A stretch of DNA of 64,000 bases. Source: Candidatus Omnitrophota bacterium (lineage in GTDB: Bacteria > Omnitrophota > Gorgyraeia > Duberdicusellales > 4484-171). The stretch is taken from positions 20,066-84,065 of the forward strand of contig JAHKAJ010000014.1 of assembly GCA_018826075.1 (NCBI GenBank). The letters run 5' to 3'. A program made the position numbers and the translations under genes. Positions 20,612 through 30,588 of this stretch are shown piece by piece (the stretch's first letter is position 1; each line of letters begins with the position of its first letter). Below the pieces are notes generated by a model that was not told the DNA's origin, ran no database searches, and saw nothing but the letters and a program-made list of their open reading frames with translations.

Positions 20612-21926
20612 GTTTAGCTTCCGGCCTAACCGTAACCAGCTTCAGGAGCTGGACCGCTTAGTCTTTGAGATCAGCCGCCGGGAAAAATTAAGCCCGGAAA
20701 AGATAATCGCTGATCTGCCAGAAAATATTCGATTTTCCCGCTTGAAAAATCTCCTGATCGGCCGGAGATTTCCCCTGGCAACAAAACAAGAAAAAATATC
20801 TACTCATGGCTTGTTCCTTAATGAACTTCCCAAGCCTCTGGTTGATAATTGGCAACCGAAAAGGGAATTTAAACCTTTAAAAATACTGGTCGAAAAAGAA
20901 GCTAAGCAAAGCCAGCTTTTGAAAAACTTTCAAAATCACTGCTCCGGGGTAGAAATCGAAGAAATCAAACTATACAGTGACTACTTAAAAAAACATAAGT
21001 TTGCGCTCAATGAGCTGAAAAAACCTTATATATTTATTGTAAAAGAAAGATGGGATTTTTTAAAACCCTGCCCCTGCACTAAGTATCATCTCGGCTGCGG
21101 CTATTGGATCTTAAACCTGGGCTTTGGCTGCCCTTATGACTGCTCTTATTGTTTTCTCCAGCATTACACTAACTCTCCGGGAATAGTCCTGCCGGCCAAT
21201 CTGGAAGATTTTTTTGAGCAGTTTGATAAATTTTCTCAAAAAATAAAGCTGCCGATACGGATCGGAACCGGTGAGTTTTGCGACTCTTTAGCCCTTGATC
21301 AGATAGCCGGATATTCAAAGATGCTAATCCCCTATTTTCAAAATAAAAACGTCCTGTTTGAATTAAAAACCAAAAGCACCAACATTAAAAATCTGTTAGA
21401 TTTAAGGGCCTCAAAAAACATCATCATCTCCTGGTCTCTTAGCCCTGAAAAATTGGCTGGCTCCGAAGAGCTTGCTGCGCCGGGATTAAACCAACGTTTA
21501 CAAGCAGCCCAAAAAATCCAAGCTGCCGGCTATAGCATCGGGTTTCATTTTGACCCGATTATTTATTCGCCAACCTGGGAAAATGACTATCAGGATTTAC
21601 TCAAATCTCTCTATCAGCAGCTAAAACCGCCTTTAGCCTGGATAAGCCTGGGGACTTTACGCTCAAACCGCCGGCTAAAAACCGTTTGCGAACAACGCTT
21701 TCCAGAAAGCAATATTTTTTACGGAGAGCTGCTGACCGGTGAAGACGGAAAACTACGCTACCCTGAATTTTTAAGACAGGAAATCTATCAAAAAATGGCC
21801 GGCTGGATAAGGCAGTACGATTCAAAAACTCCGGTCTACCTCTGCATGGAAAATAAATCCCTCTGGAAAACTCTTGGCGAATTCGACTCCTCCAAAAAAA
21901 TTGAAAAATATATCTTATCACCGTAG
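20574..21926 (+). CDS. Radical SAM protein, COG1533/SplB-like paralogue with a roughly 170-aa N-terminal extension
   Basis: GFGCPYDCSYCFLQ motif. 450 aa. Start position uncertain (38-nt overlap with the GT2 gene). Confidence 0.55.
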   Translation: MDTNKLLQTIKDRFSFRPNRNQLQELDRLVFEISRREKLSPEKIIADLPENIRFSRLKNLLIGRRFPLATKQEKISTHGLFLNELPKPLVDNWQPKREFKPLKILVEKEAKQSQLLKNFQNHCSGVEIEEIKLYSDYLKKHKFALNELKKPYIFIVKERWDFLKPCPCTKYHLGCGYWILNLGFGCPYDCSYCFLQHYTNSPGIVLPANLEDFFEQFDKFSQKIKLPIRIGTGEFCDSLALDQIAGYSKMLIPYFQNKNVLFELKTKSTNIKNLLDLRASKNIIISWSLSPEKLAGSEELAAPGLNQRLQAAQKIQAAGYSIGFHFDPIIYSPTWENDYQDLLKSLYQQLKPPLAWISLGTLRSNRRLKTVCEQRFPESNIFYGELLTGEDGKLRYPEFLRQEIYQKMAGWIRQYDSKTPVYLCMENKSLWKTLGEFDSSKKIEKYILSP

Positions 21927-21951
21927 GGGCGACCCGGCGGGTCGCCCCTAC
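21923..21951. terminator. Perfect 13-bp GC-rich palindrome (GTAGGGGCGACCC-ggc-GGGTCGCCCCTAC) between convergent genes
   Basis: Seen directly. It overlaps the stop codon of the plus-strand gene. Flanking U-tracts are weak, so it may be a protein-binding or REP-like element rather than a classic terminator. Confidence 0.4.
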
Positions 21952-22005
21952 AATAACCCGTATCAAAACACCGTAACAACACGAATAACCTGGAATTTAG
22001 ATTTT

Positions 22006-23733
22006 CTAATATAATTTTCTTAGTGAGGCTTTGGGGTAGTAGTGTTTGAGGATTTCCTGGTAAGTATAGTTTTTCTCAGCCATGCTGATAGCGCCTTCCT
22101 GACAAAGACCGGTTCCGTGGCCAAAGCCAGCTCCCCAGAAAATAAGGAATTTGGGGACTTTGGCCGAAAAAGCTTTTATCTCTACGATAAAGGCGCTGCT
22201 GCGTAGATTGTCGAAGTAATTACGAATGGTTAGATCACCGCGCAAGATTTTCTTACCTTGAACAGTAACCACTTCTATCTCTTTATGATGAAAGCACTCT
22301 CCGCTTTCTTTCGATGATATTTCTTTTAGGTCAGCGAGTTTAAAACCAAAAGCAATCAAAAAATCCTCGGGGTCATAAATTCTCTGCCAGCGATAATTGG
22401 AAGCTTTAGCTCTTGAGCAAAAAGTTTCAGGGGGTTCAAGAAACCATTTTTCTTTGTTTTTAGAAATTTCATCAAAGGAGCCCTGACCAAAGTCTAGTTT
22501 ATTGGCCAAATATTTCTCCTGGCCAAAAACATCGCTGGCTAAACAGCCGCCACAATTGGAATGATAAAATGCCTCTATCGGCTGGCCGTCAAATTCAAGG
22601 ATCTGGCCGCTAGTTTCATCAACTGCCCGGATGGTCGCGGCAGTCTCAGCTGAGACTCCCTGGTAAACCTGGCAATGCACATCAGAACAGAAATCAAAAC
22701 CATCTTTTTTATGACGGCCGCGGTTTTTAAATACCAGGGTCCGGGCTGCCACAGCCTGGCTCTTTAAAGCCTGGGGGTGCGAATTCGGCGGGATCTCCGC
22801 TGCCAACACTCCGTAAAGATACTCTTCTACGCTGAGCCGGTTGATCAGAGTCAAAACTCCCTTTTCAGCTACTGCTTCGATATCACCCCGGTAGGCCCGG
22901 TCAACTGTCTTATGCCAAAAATTACCCTTTCCGTAAGTAATATCCAAAATATAAAAAGGATATTTTTCCGAGCCGGGGTCGGAAGAAAAAAGCCTGATTT
23001 GATTTAAAAAAACTCCCTGCTCTTTGTTGCTTTGATAGTCTTTTAAAATTAACCGGCCACTTTCTAAAATAACCGTATAAATAATTTTCGGCTCACCGCT
23101 GAAAGACACTTTTCCGTCGCTGGCAACAAACCGGCTTGGACAAGAAAAAGAAAATTGTTTTAGCTCTGTTGACAAACCTACTGAAACCTGGGAGATTTCC
23201 GGCTTGGGGGAATAAGCGGTTAATTTTACCTGTTGTCTCTGCTTATCGATAAGTTTCTTTTTAGCGGCAAAAAAATCTTCACCTAAGGTTTTTTTGACCT
23301 TATCCAATAATTTTCTTACCGGTCGGGCCTCCGGGTAAAAATTAATAGCCTTAGATAGATATTGGTAAGCTTGGCTATCTCGACCTTGCTTAGCCAGGCA
23401 ATCGCCAAGATAATAGTAGGCCAGCCTTAGGCTTGAATCAACTTTTATCAAACGCAGAAAAATATCAGCGGCTTGCCGATAGCGGCCCAGCCGGCGGTAG
23501 GCCTTGGCTAAACGAAATAAAGCCAGGCTGTTTTCCTGGATTTTGATCGATTTCTGATAACTTTTAATTGCCTTATCAGACTTGGCTGAATGTTCATAGC
23601 TTAAACCCAGATAAACCAGATCGCTCCAGCTTTTATCTTTAAAAGTATTCAACGACTCTGAAGATTGAGAAAAACTTAAACTCAGGTTGGTAGAAAAAAT
23701 CAGGGCCAGGATCAAAACCTTGGAAAGCTTCAT
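22006..23733 (-). CDS. SpoIID/LytB-domain protein with N-terminal signal peptide and TPR repeats
   Basis: 575 aa. TPR-like repeats at residues about 40-140. C-terminal SpoIID/LytB amidase-enhancer-like region. Confidence 0.6.
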   Translation of the reverse strand: MKLSKVLILALIFSTNLSLSFSQSSESLNTFKDKSWSDLVYLGLSYEHSAKSDKAIKSYQKSIKIQENSLALFRLAKAYRRLGRYRQAADIFLRLIKVDSSLRLAYYYLGDCLAKQGRDSQAYQYLSKAINFYPEARPVRKLLDKVKKTLGEDFFAAKKKLIDKQRQQVKLTAYSPKPEISQVSVGLSTELKQFSFSCPSRFVASDGKVSFSGEPKIIYTVILESGRLILKDYQSNKEQGVFLNQIRLFSSDPGSEKYPFYILDITYGKGNFWHKTVDRAYRGDIEAVAEKGVLTLINRLSVEEYLYGVLAAEIPPNSHPQALKSQAVAARTLVFKNRGRHKKDGFDFCSDVHCQVYQGVSAETAATIRAVDETSGQILEFDGQPIEAFYHSNCGGCLASDVFGQEKYLANKLDFGQGSFDEISKNKEKWFLEPPETFCSRAKASNYRWQRIYDPEDFLIAFGFKLADLKEISSKESGECFHHKEIEVVTVQGKKILRGDLTIRNYFDNLRSSAFIVEIKAFSAKVPKFLIFWGAGFGHGTGLCQEGAISMAEKNYTYQEILKHYYPKASLRKLY

Positions 23734-23736
23734 CGA

Positions 23737-24549
23737 TTAGGCTACCTTGGAACGGCCGATAACCGGGATCTTCCACTTATCGGCCAATGATAAAAAAAGC
23801 GGCTTATCTAAAATGATGACTTTGTCTTTTTCTAAAACCAAACCTCTAGCCTTAATACTTTTCAAAAGTTTTAAAGTTGAAATGCCTACCACCGGGACAT
23901 CAAAGCGTAAATCCTGGTTGCTTTTTGAGAACTTCAAGACCAAGCAGCCTTTGCCGGCTAGGCGGTAAGCCCGGTTTATTGCCCGGTCGGTTCCCTCCAA
24001 AGATTCTAAACCGACTACGCTTCCTTTTTTGACCACAATGGTTTGGCCGACATCAAGCTCGACAAAGCGCGAAATGACTTTCAAGCCAAAATCGATATCC
24101 TGATTGAGGTCGGAAAAATCTGCAAAATTCATCAATCCCTCTTTAGCTAAATCATCACTAAGGTAAACTGTAGAATCGAGGAAGTTGATGCCGACAGACT
24201 CTAAATCGTTGATTATGGCTTTAAATACGGCATGCGGGCGAAAATCACTGGCTGAACCGATCAAAGACTCCAGTTGCTTATCCCAGGATTTGCGGCGAAA
24301 AATATGCAAGGGGTTAATCTGGCCGGCCATTATCCAATCCTTTAACCCTTCAGCCTGGATAACCTCCTTTAACTGCCCGAGAGCCCCTACTTTTAACCAA
24401 TGGGCCTGATCAACATGATTTTCGATCGAAGGGTCTGTCTCACCGCGAAAGCAGATAGCGACCACTTTAGATTGTTTATCTTTTTGTTTGATCCGTTGGG
24501 CTAAAAGAAGAGGTAATTTGCGGTTTCCGGCAATAATTCCTACTCTCAT
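23737..24549 (-). CDS. lpxI: UDP-2,3-diacylglucosamine hydrolase LpxI (DUF1009)
   Basis: MRVGIIAGNRKLPLL N-terminus typical of LpxI. 270 aa. Immediately upstream of lpxA. Confidence 0.6.
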   Translation of the reverse strand: MRVGIIAGNRKLPLLLAQRIKQKDKQSKVVAICFRGETDPSIENHVDQAHWLKVGALGQLKEVIQAEGLKDWIMAGQINPLHIFRRKSWDKQLESLIGSASDFRPHAVFKAIINDLESVGINFLDSTVYLSDDLAKEGLMNFADFSDLNQDIDFGLKVISRFVELDVGQTIVVKKGSVVGLESLEGTDRAINRAYRLAGKGCLVLKFSKSNQDLRFDVPVVGISTLKLLKSIKARGLVLEKDKVIILDKPLFLSLADKWKIPVIGRSKVA

Positions 24550-24550
24550 T

Positions 24551-25327
24551 TCATTTACTCACTCCCCGCTTTGAAGAAGAAATAAAATCAATAAGATAGC
24601 TTATTTCTTTTTGCGAAGGTAAATTTTTAGCGATCAAAGCTTTAGCATTATCGAAAGAATGATTTTCAAAAAAAAGTATTTTGAAGGCTTTTTTAAGGTT
24701 ACTTATGGTCTTGGCAGATAATTTACCCCGGCGCAAACCCACCAGGTTAAGCCCGCAGACTTTTGCCGGATGGCCGTCAGACATCGAGTACGGCGGGATG
24801 TCCTGAACTACCTTGGAACAACCTCCGATAATTGATAAATCTCCCAGGCGACAAAATTGATGAATTGCCACCAGCCCTCCGATAACCACTTTATCCCCGA
24901 TCTCAACATGCCCGGCTAAAGTAGCCGCGTTAGCAAAAACATTATCACTGCCGACTGTGCAGTCGTGGGCAATATGCGAATAAGCCATGATCAAATTATT
25001 ATCGCCGACGCTGGTTTTAGAATTTTCCTCAGTACCGGGATTGATAGTGACAAATTCCCGGATACAATTATTCTTACCGATTATTAAAAAACTCTTCTGG
25101 CCGGTATATTTTAAATCCTGGGGAACGTTACCGATCACTGCATAGGGAAAAATATGGCAATTGGCGCCGATCTGCGTATATCCCAAAACCTGGGCAAATG
25201 AATCAATAACCGTATTCGGGCCGATCTTGGCATGTTCACCGATAATTGCAAAAGGGCCAATGGTAACATTGGCTGCCAACTGAGCACCGGGACTGACTAA
25301 GCTTTTAGGGGAAATATTACTGGACAT
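24551..25327 (-). CDS. lpxA: Acyl-ACP--UDP-GlcNAc O-acyltransferase
   Basis: Hexapeptide repeats, with IGKNNCIREFVTIN and HIAHDCTVG motifs. ATG at 25327 chosen over the TTG-extended track start. Confidence 0.85.
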   Translation of the reverse strand: MSSNISPKSLVSPGAQLAANVTIGPFAIIGEHAKIGPNTVIDSFAQVLGYTQIGANCHIFPYAVIGNVPQDLKYTGQKSFLIIGKNNCIREFVTINPGTEENSKTSVGDNNLIMAYSHIAHDCTVGSDNVFANAATLAGHVEIGDKVVIGGLVAIHQFCRLGDLSIIGGCSKVVQDIPPYSMSDGHPAKVCGLNLVGLRRGKLSAKTISNLKKAFKILFFENHSFDNAKALIAKNLPSQKEISYLIDFISSSKRGVSK

Positions 25328-25337
25328 AGAGATAAGA

Positions 25338-26651
25338 TTAAGTTTCAACCAGGGCAAACATCAACTCGGCTTCAGCAACCACTTTATTATCAACAAAGGC
25401 TTTGGTGTATACTAAACCGGTTTTACTGCGCACTTTACCGACAGTAACTTCAATAACCAGTTGGTCTCCAGGGACCACGGTTTTTCTGAATTTAATATGA
25501 TTGGCAGCCATGAAATAGGCAAGCTTTCCGCTATGCTCCGGGCAAGCCAGCATCAGCACTCCGCCGACTTGAGCCATAGCTTCGACTATCAAAACTCCCG
25601 GCATAACCGGGCGGCCGGGAAAATGGCCCTGGAAAAAATACTCATTCATAGTCACGCTCTTTATACCGACAGCTTTTTTGCCTTTATCCAAATAAGTTAT
25701 TCGGTCAACCAACAGGAAAGGATAACGATGCGGAAGGATTTTCATGATCTCTTCGATGTTTAACTCTGTACCCTTAGGAACATAAGCAGTCTGAGAGCTG
25801 ACTCCGGCACTTTTAGTTTTTTCCCGGTAACGGCGTAATTTATCTATAAGTTTTATATTCAGAGAATGGCCGCCGCGAATGGCGATTATATGCCCTTGTA
25901 TTGGGCCGGCTAAATAGAGGTCTCCGATCAGATCTAAAATCTTATGCTTGGCAAATTCATCAGGAATCCGGGTTTTATTATCAACTACCCCTTTTTCAGA
26001 AACAACCAGAGTATTTTTATGGTTGGCTCCTTTTCCTAAACCCATATCAAGCAATGACTTAACCTCATTTTCTAAACAAAAGGTTCTAGCTGTATAAAGA
26101 TCGTTTTTTAATTCACCGTTAAGGACAATATCAACATAACCCGAGCCGATAAGCGGATTATCATAACTAAGCACGTAAGATATCCGGCAGCTATTGTATG
26201 GTAAAACCACAATGCTTGATGAACCTTCTTCCACCCAAAGAGGTTCCTTGACAAGCAAACGGTCACGAAGCGCATCTTGTTGGTTTAAACCGACTTTCTG
26301 CAAAGCCTCGATAAAATCTTTAGCGCTGCCATCCAACCCGGGGACTTCTTCTCCCCAAATGTTCACCTGGACGTTATCGATCCCCAAAAGATGAAAAGCA
26401 GCCATCAAATGTTCAACGGTATGCACGTAAACACTAGTTGTCCCTACCGAGGTACGACGGGGAAATTTATCGGGATTTAAAACCGAATAAGGGCTGACCT
26501 TGATCAAAGCTGTGGAATCGATATCCTGCCTTAAAAAAGTTATTCCTGAATCGGGCGGCGCCGGAAGCATCTCCAGCTTAGCTTTGATCCCGGTATGCAA
26601 ACCAATTCCCTCTAAGGCTACTTTTCCGCTGAGTGTTCTCTGATTATCCAT
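25338..26651 (-). CDS. lpxC: Bifunctional UDP-3-O-acyl-GlcNAc deacetylase / 3-hydroxyacyl-ACP dehydratase (LpxC-FabZ fusion)
   Basis: N-terminus KVALEGIGLHTG (LpxC). C-terminal hot-dog domain with a FabZ-like HFPGRPVMPGVL motif. 437 aa. Confidence 0.85.
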   Translation of the reverse strand: MDNQRTLSGKVALEGIGLHTGIKAKLEMLPAPPDSGITFLRQDIDSTALIKVSPYSVLNPDKFPRRTSVGTTSVYVHTVEHLMAAFHLLGIDNVQVNIWGEEVPGLDGSAKDFIEALQKVGLNQQDALRDRLLVKEPLWVEEGSSSIVVLPYNSCRISYVLSYDNPLIGSGYVDIVLNGELKNDLYTARTFCLENEVKSLLDMGLGKGANHKNTLVVSEKGVVDNKTRIPDEFAKHKILDLIGDLYLAGPIQGHIIAIRGGHSLNIKLIDKLRRYREKTKSAGVSSQTAYVPKGTELNIEEIMKILPHRYPFLLVDRITYLDKGKKAVGIKSVTMNEYFFQGHFPGRPVMPGVLIVEAMAQVGGVLMLACPEHSGKLAYFMAANHIKFRKTVVPGDQLVIEVTVGKVRSKTGLVYTKAFVDNKVVAEAELMFALVET

Positions 26652-27687
26652 TTTTTCCAGTTAATCTATCCTCTAGTTCCTTCAACTTCTCTTCCAACTC
26701 TTTCACCTTTTTATGCATCTGGGGAAGGCTTTGCAGACAAGCATTTACCCGTTTAGCCTCATTGTGCGGTTTTGCCGGGTATCCGGAGACTTTGACTCCC
26801 GCAGGAACTGACTTGGTTACTCCGGCCTGGGCAGCGACTATCGCTTTATCGCCGATACGGATGTGGCCGACAAGCCCGGCTTGACCGGCTAAGATCACAT
26901 CTTTACCAATAATAGTACTTCCGGAAATTCCGGCTTGAGCCACAATAATACAGTTTTCACCAGTAACCACATTGTGAGCTATCTGGACCAGATTATCGAT
27001 CTTAGTGCCCCGGCCAATGATGGTTTTATCAAATCTGGCCCGGTCAATAGTGACATTGGCTCCGATCTCAACATCATCTTCGATCAAAACCGTTCCGATT
27101 TGAGGAATTTTTCTTTGGCTGCCGCAAACCTGTACAAAACCAAAACCATCGCTGCCAATAACTGCACCAGGATGGATAATCACCCGGTCATTCACTACTA
27201 CCCGGTTCATCAACGACACCTGGGGGTAAATAAGACAGCTCTTACCGATCTTAGCCTCCTGGCCGATATAGCAACCGCTGTAAATAGTTGTTCCTTTGCC
27301 GATGGTAACCCCTTTTTCAATAACAGCATAAGCACCTACTGAAACACCTTCGGCTAAAACCGCATCTTTAGAAATAACTGCCGTGGGATGAATACCTTCT
27401 GGATGCGTAAGGCTACCCGGCAATAATAGCTCTACAACTGCAGTAAAAGCCATCGAAGGATTGTCGGTCTTGATCAGGGGTTTTTTGGTGCTCAGCGGCT
27501 CCCGAGAAGTGATGACTGCCGAAGCTTCAGTATCCTGGATTAAAGAAACATATTTGGAATTAGCCAAAAAAGTTATATCTCCTTCTTTGGCTTCCTTGAT
27601 CCCGGAAATACCGGTAATCACGAGATCAGGGCTGCCGGTCAGCTCGCCATTCACTAAATCTGCAATCTGTCTAAGGGTAAAACGCAT
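26644..27687 (-). CDS. lpxD: UDP-3-O-acylglucosamine N-acyltransferase
   Basis: 347 aa. Left-handed beta-helix hexapeptide repeats and a C-terminal coiled coil. Confidence 0.85.
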   Translation of the reverse strand: MRFTLRQIADLVNGELTGSPDLVITGISGIKEAKEGDITFLANSKYVSLIQDTEASAVITSREPLSTKKPLIKTDNPSMAFTAVVELLLPGSLTHPEGIHPTAVISKDAVLAEGVSVGAYAVIEKGVTIGKGTTIYSGCYIGQEAKIGKSCLIYPQVSLMNRVVVNDRVIIHPGAVIGSDGFGFVQVCGSQRKIPQIGTVLIEDDVEIGANVTIDRARFDKTIIGRGTKIDNLVQIAHNVVTGENCIIVAQAGISGSTIIGKDVILAGQAGLVGHIRIGDKAIVAAQAGVTKSVPAGVKVSGYPAKPHNEAKRVNACLQSLPQMHKKVKELEEKLKELEDRLTGKNG

Positions 27688-27758
27688 CGGTACATTACTC
27701 GCGTAAAGAACAAAACCCGGTCAGAAAATCTGATTTCCCGACCGGGTTAAGTTCAAGT

Positions 27759-28265
27759 TTACTTCTTGTAATTTTTATTAGCTATTTTCAGGATATCAGA
27801 AGTGATATCCATTACCTTATCACCGTAAAGAACAGCATTTTCGTTGATGATCAAAGTAAAATCGTTTTTCTTTGCATAGGTATTGATGACCTTATCCATA
27901 TCATCAATAATCTCCTTCATCTTCTCATCTCTGGCTTTTTTAATATCGACAAAAGATGTCCGCTCTATCTCACGATATTCTTCCACCGCTTTAGTCAGCT
28001 TTTCCTGTTCTTTTTGTTTTTCGCCCTCTTTTATCACACTAAGCTTTTTCTGCATCTGTTCTAGATCAGCTTTCTTTTTGGTAAGTTTTTCTTCAGCTTC
28101 CTTTCGCTTTTCCTCTAAAGTAGCATCATATTTCTTGGTCTTTTCGTAATCGTTAAGAACTTTGATAATATCAACATAGCCAATCTTCAGATCTTTAGCA
28201 AAAATCGCCGGGCTAAAAACTCCGGTTAACCCAATCGCCAGAAAAACAACTAATAACTTCTTCAT
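27759..28265 (-). CDS. skp: Periplasmic chaperone Skp (OmpH)
   Basis: Signal peptide. 168 aa. K/E-rich coiled-coil. Sits between bamA and lpxD. Confidence 0.7.
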   Translation of the reverse strand: MKKLLVVFLAIGLTGVFSPAIFAKDLKIGYVDIIKVLNDYEKTKKYDATLEEKRKEAEEKLTKKKADLEQMQKKLSVIKEGEKQKEQEKLTKAVEEYREIERTSFVDIKKARDEKMKEIIDDMDKVINTYAKKNDFTLIINENAVLYGDKVMDITSDILKIANKNYKK

Positions 28266-28280
28266 CGCTCCCTCCTTAAA

Positions 28281-30551
28281 TTAGAATCCCCTACTTATGT
28301 TAAAGTGAAACCTTCCTTGCTTTTCGTCTTCGCCTGGCTCAAGGTCTAAAGGCCAGCCGTAATCAATACTTACCGGGCCGATCGGAGTCTTGACCCTTAA
28401 ACCTAAACCAATGCTTGATTTTAAATCGCCGCTTAAAAAATCTTTCTTTTCTTTCCAGGTATTTCCAGTATCAAAAAAAGTAGCGACTTTAATGAAACTA
28501 GCTAAAGGATAGGTATATTCAAAATTTGCTACAAATAAGGCTTCGCCACCGATAGGATCTTCAGTGACTGAATCTATCGGGCCGACTTTACGCTCACGAT
28601 AGCCCCTGACTGAAGCGGCGCCTCCGGCAAAAAACCGCTCATAGATAGGCACCTTTTCGGTATTGGAAAAAGGATCGCTAATCCCAGCCCGCAGGCGCAA
28701 TCCAACCACTGATTTATTTATCATCGGAAAATAAACATTAAAGTTGCCAAAGTATTTAACGAAATCCCGGTCTCCGGAAAACGGACCGCCAAAAAGCTCC
28801 AGGCTATTGACTAAATAAAAACCCTTAGACGGCGAGAAAACATTATCCCGGCTGTCGTAACTAAGTTGAACCCGGCCGCTGCTTAAATCAGTAATTCCGG
28901 CTTCATCTTTAAGTTCCTGTGTGGCGTCAGCTACAATGTCGGTTATTTTTACCCGCTCAAAACGATAACCAAGGTCGGCCTTCCATTGATCACTAAATTC
29001 TCGACCTAAACGTAAAGTGCCGCCGCGGATATCTTCTTCGTAAGCATAGCCTACATCTTCATCCTGCTGGTGGCCTTTTTTATAAACGTCAAAACCAAAA
29101 GACACCGGCTTGTCGAATATCCAAGGATTAGTAAAACTCAACTGGTATTTATCAGTCAATGTCCCCATGCTCACCTGTAAAGTCAGATCCTGGCCGGCAC
29201 CGGTAAAAGTCGACCAATTACGGTAGTCAAAATTGCGCTGGCGCAGTTCAACAAACCCGATAAATGCATCGATCGATGAATAGCCTCCGCCAAAACTAAG
29301 GTATCCGGTTTTAGCTTCCTTAACATCGACCACCAAATCAACTTTATCGCTTTCAGAACCGGGATCAGTACCAAAACGCATCTCTTCGAAAAAACCTAAA
29401 TTTTCCAAACGCTCCTTACTTTTCCTGACTTTTTTACCGTCAAACTTATCGCCGGGATAGATCCGGATCTCCCGGCGGATCACCTTATCTTTAGTTTTAA
29501 TATTGCCTCTTATTTCGATATCTTCGATGTAGGCTACCTGGTTTTCAACGATAGTATAATTTACATCTACTTTCTGAGTTTGGGGATTAAACACACTGCG
29601 TGGCTGAACCTGGGAAAAAATATATCCCCGATCAACATAAAGTTCTCTTATCTTTGAAGCGTCATAATAAACTGCCTGCTCACTAAAAACCGAATCGGTT
29701 TTTAACGCCAGGGCTTTGTAAATGTTCTCGGCTAAGAACTCATGGTTACCCTCTATGGTTACTTCCCCGATATGATAACGCTGTCCTTCCTCGACAACCA
29801 CATTAAGATAGATCCCTTTAGGCTTATAAACAGTGTTCACTTTGACCACAGCATCGCTAAAACCCTGCAGCTTATAGTAATCAGTCAAACGGTTAATATC
29901 ATCGGCTAAGACGTCTTCTTTAAAAATACCCCGATTAAATAACCAGGCCTTGCGGGTCTTCATCACCCGGAGGATCTTGCGAGTCGAAACATGGCTGTTG
30001 CCGATTGTTTGCACCCGGCGCACCTTCAAGATACCCTTTTCGTTTATCAGAAAAGCCACCGTAACCTCATTTTTGTCCTTGAGCGGTTCTAAATCGTAGG
30101 TTATTTCGGCCTGGAAAAAACCTTTAGCGGTATAGAGGTCTTTTATCTTGCGAGTGGCTTCTTTAAGGGAATATTCATCAACAAAAGAGCCTTCCTTTAT
30201 ATCCAGAAAACCCAAAATCTTGTCTTTCCTTATAAAACGCGCCCCTTCAACAGTTATTTTCTTCAATACCGGTTTTTCTTTGACTTTAAAAGTAATGGCT
30301 ATGCCTTCAGAAGATACCTCTTTCTTTGCTTCAACGGTTTCAAAGAATCCGGTGGCATAAAGGTTCTTGATATCTTCATTGACGATATTCTCATTATAAT
30401 CCTGGTTGGCCCGGATCTTTATCCGCGAAACAATCGTAGCATCGCTGACAATTTCGTTACCCTGGATATCGATGCGAGAAATCAGCTCCTGAGAGTAGGA
30501 TAGTAGGCTAAAACTAATCAGAAACAAAATTAAACAAATTATTTTTTTCAT
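28281..30551 (-). CDS. bamA: Outer membrane protein assembly factor BamA
   Basis: Signal peptide MKKIICLILFLISFS. POTRA repeats. The C-terminal beta-barrel ends in ...ISRGF. ATG at 30551 chosen. Confidence 0.85.
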   Translation of the reverse strand: MKKIICLILFLISFSLLSYSQELISRIDIQGNEIVSDATIVSRIKIRANQDYNENIVNEDIKNLYATGFFETVEAKKEVSSEGIAITFKVKEKPVLKKITVEGARFIRKDKILGFLDIKEGSFVDEYSLKEATRKIKDLYTAKGFFQAEITYDLEPLKDKNEVTVAFLINEKGILKVRRVQTIGNSHVSTRKILRVMKTRKAWLFNRGIFKEDVLADDINRLTDYYKLQGFSDAVVKVNTVYKPKGIYLNVVVEEGQRYHIGEVTIEGNHEFLAENIYKALALKTDSVFSEQAVYYDASKIRELYVDRGYIFSQVQPRSVFNPQTQKVDVNYTIVENQVAYIEDIEIRGNIKTKDKVIRREIRIYPGDKFDGKKVRKSKERLENLGFFEEMRFGTDPGSESDKVDLVVDVKEAKTGYLSFGGGYSSIDAFIGFVELRQRNFDYRNWSTFTGAGQDLTLQVSMGTLTDKYQLSFTNPWIFDKPVSFGFDVYKKGHQQDEDVGYAYEEDIRGGTLRLGREFSDQWKADLGYRFERVKITDIVADATQELKDEAGITDLSSGRVQLSYDSRDNVFSPSKGFYLVNSLELFGGPFSGDRDFVKYFGNFNVYFPMINKSVVGLRLRAGISDPFSNTEKVPIYERFFAGGAASVRGYRERKVGPIDSVTEDPIGGEALFVANFEYTYPLASFIKVATFFDTGNTWKEKKDFLSGDLKSSIGLGLRVKTPIGPVSIDYGWPLDLEPGEDEKQGRFHFNISRGF

Positions 30552-30588
30552 TGTTATATTATATTCCCAACTCTGAACAAAGTCAACA

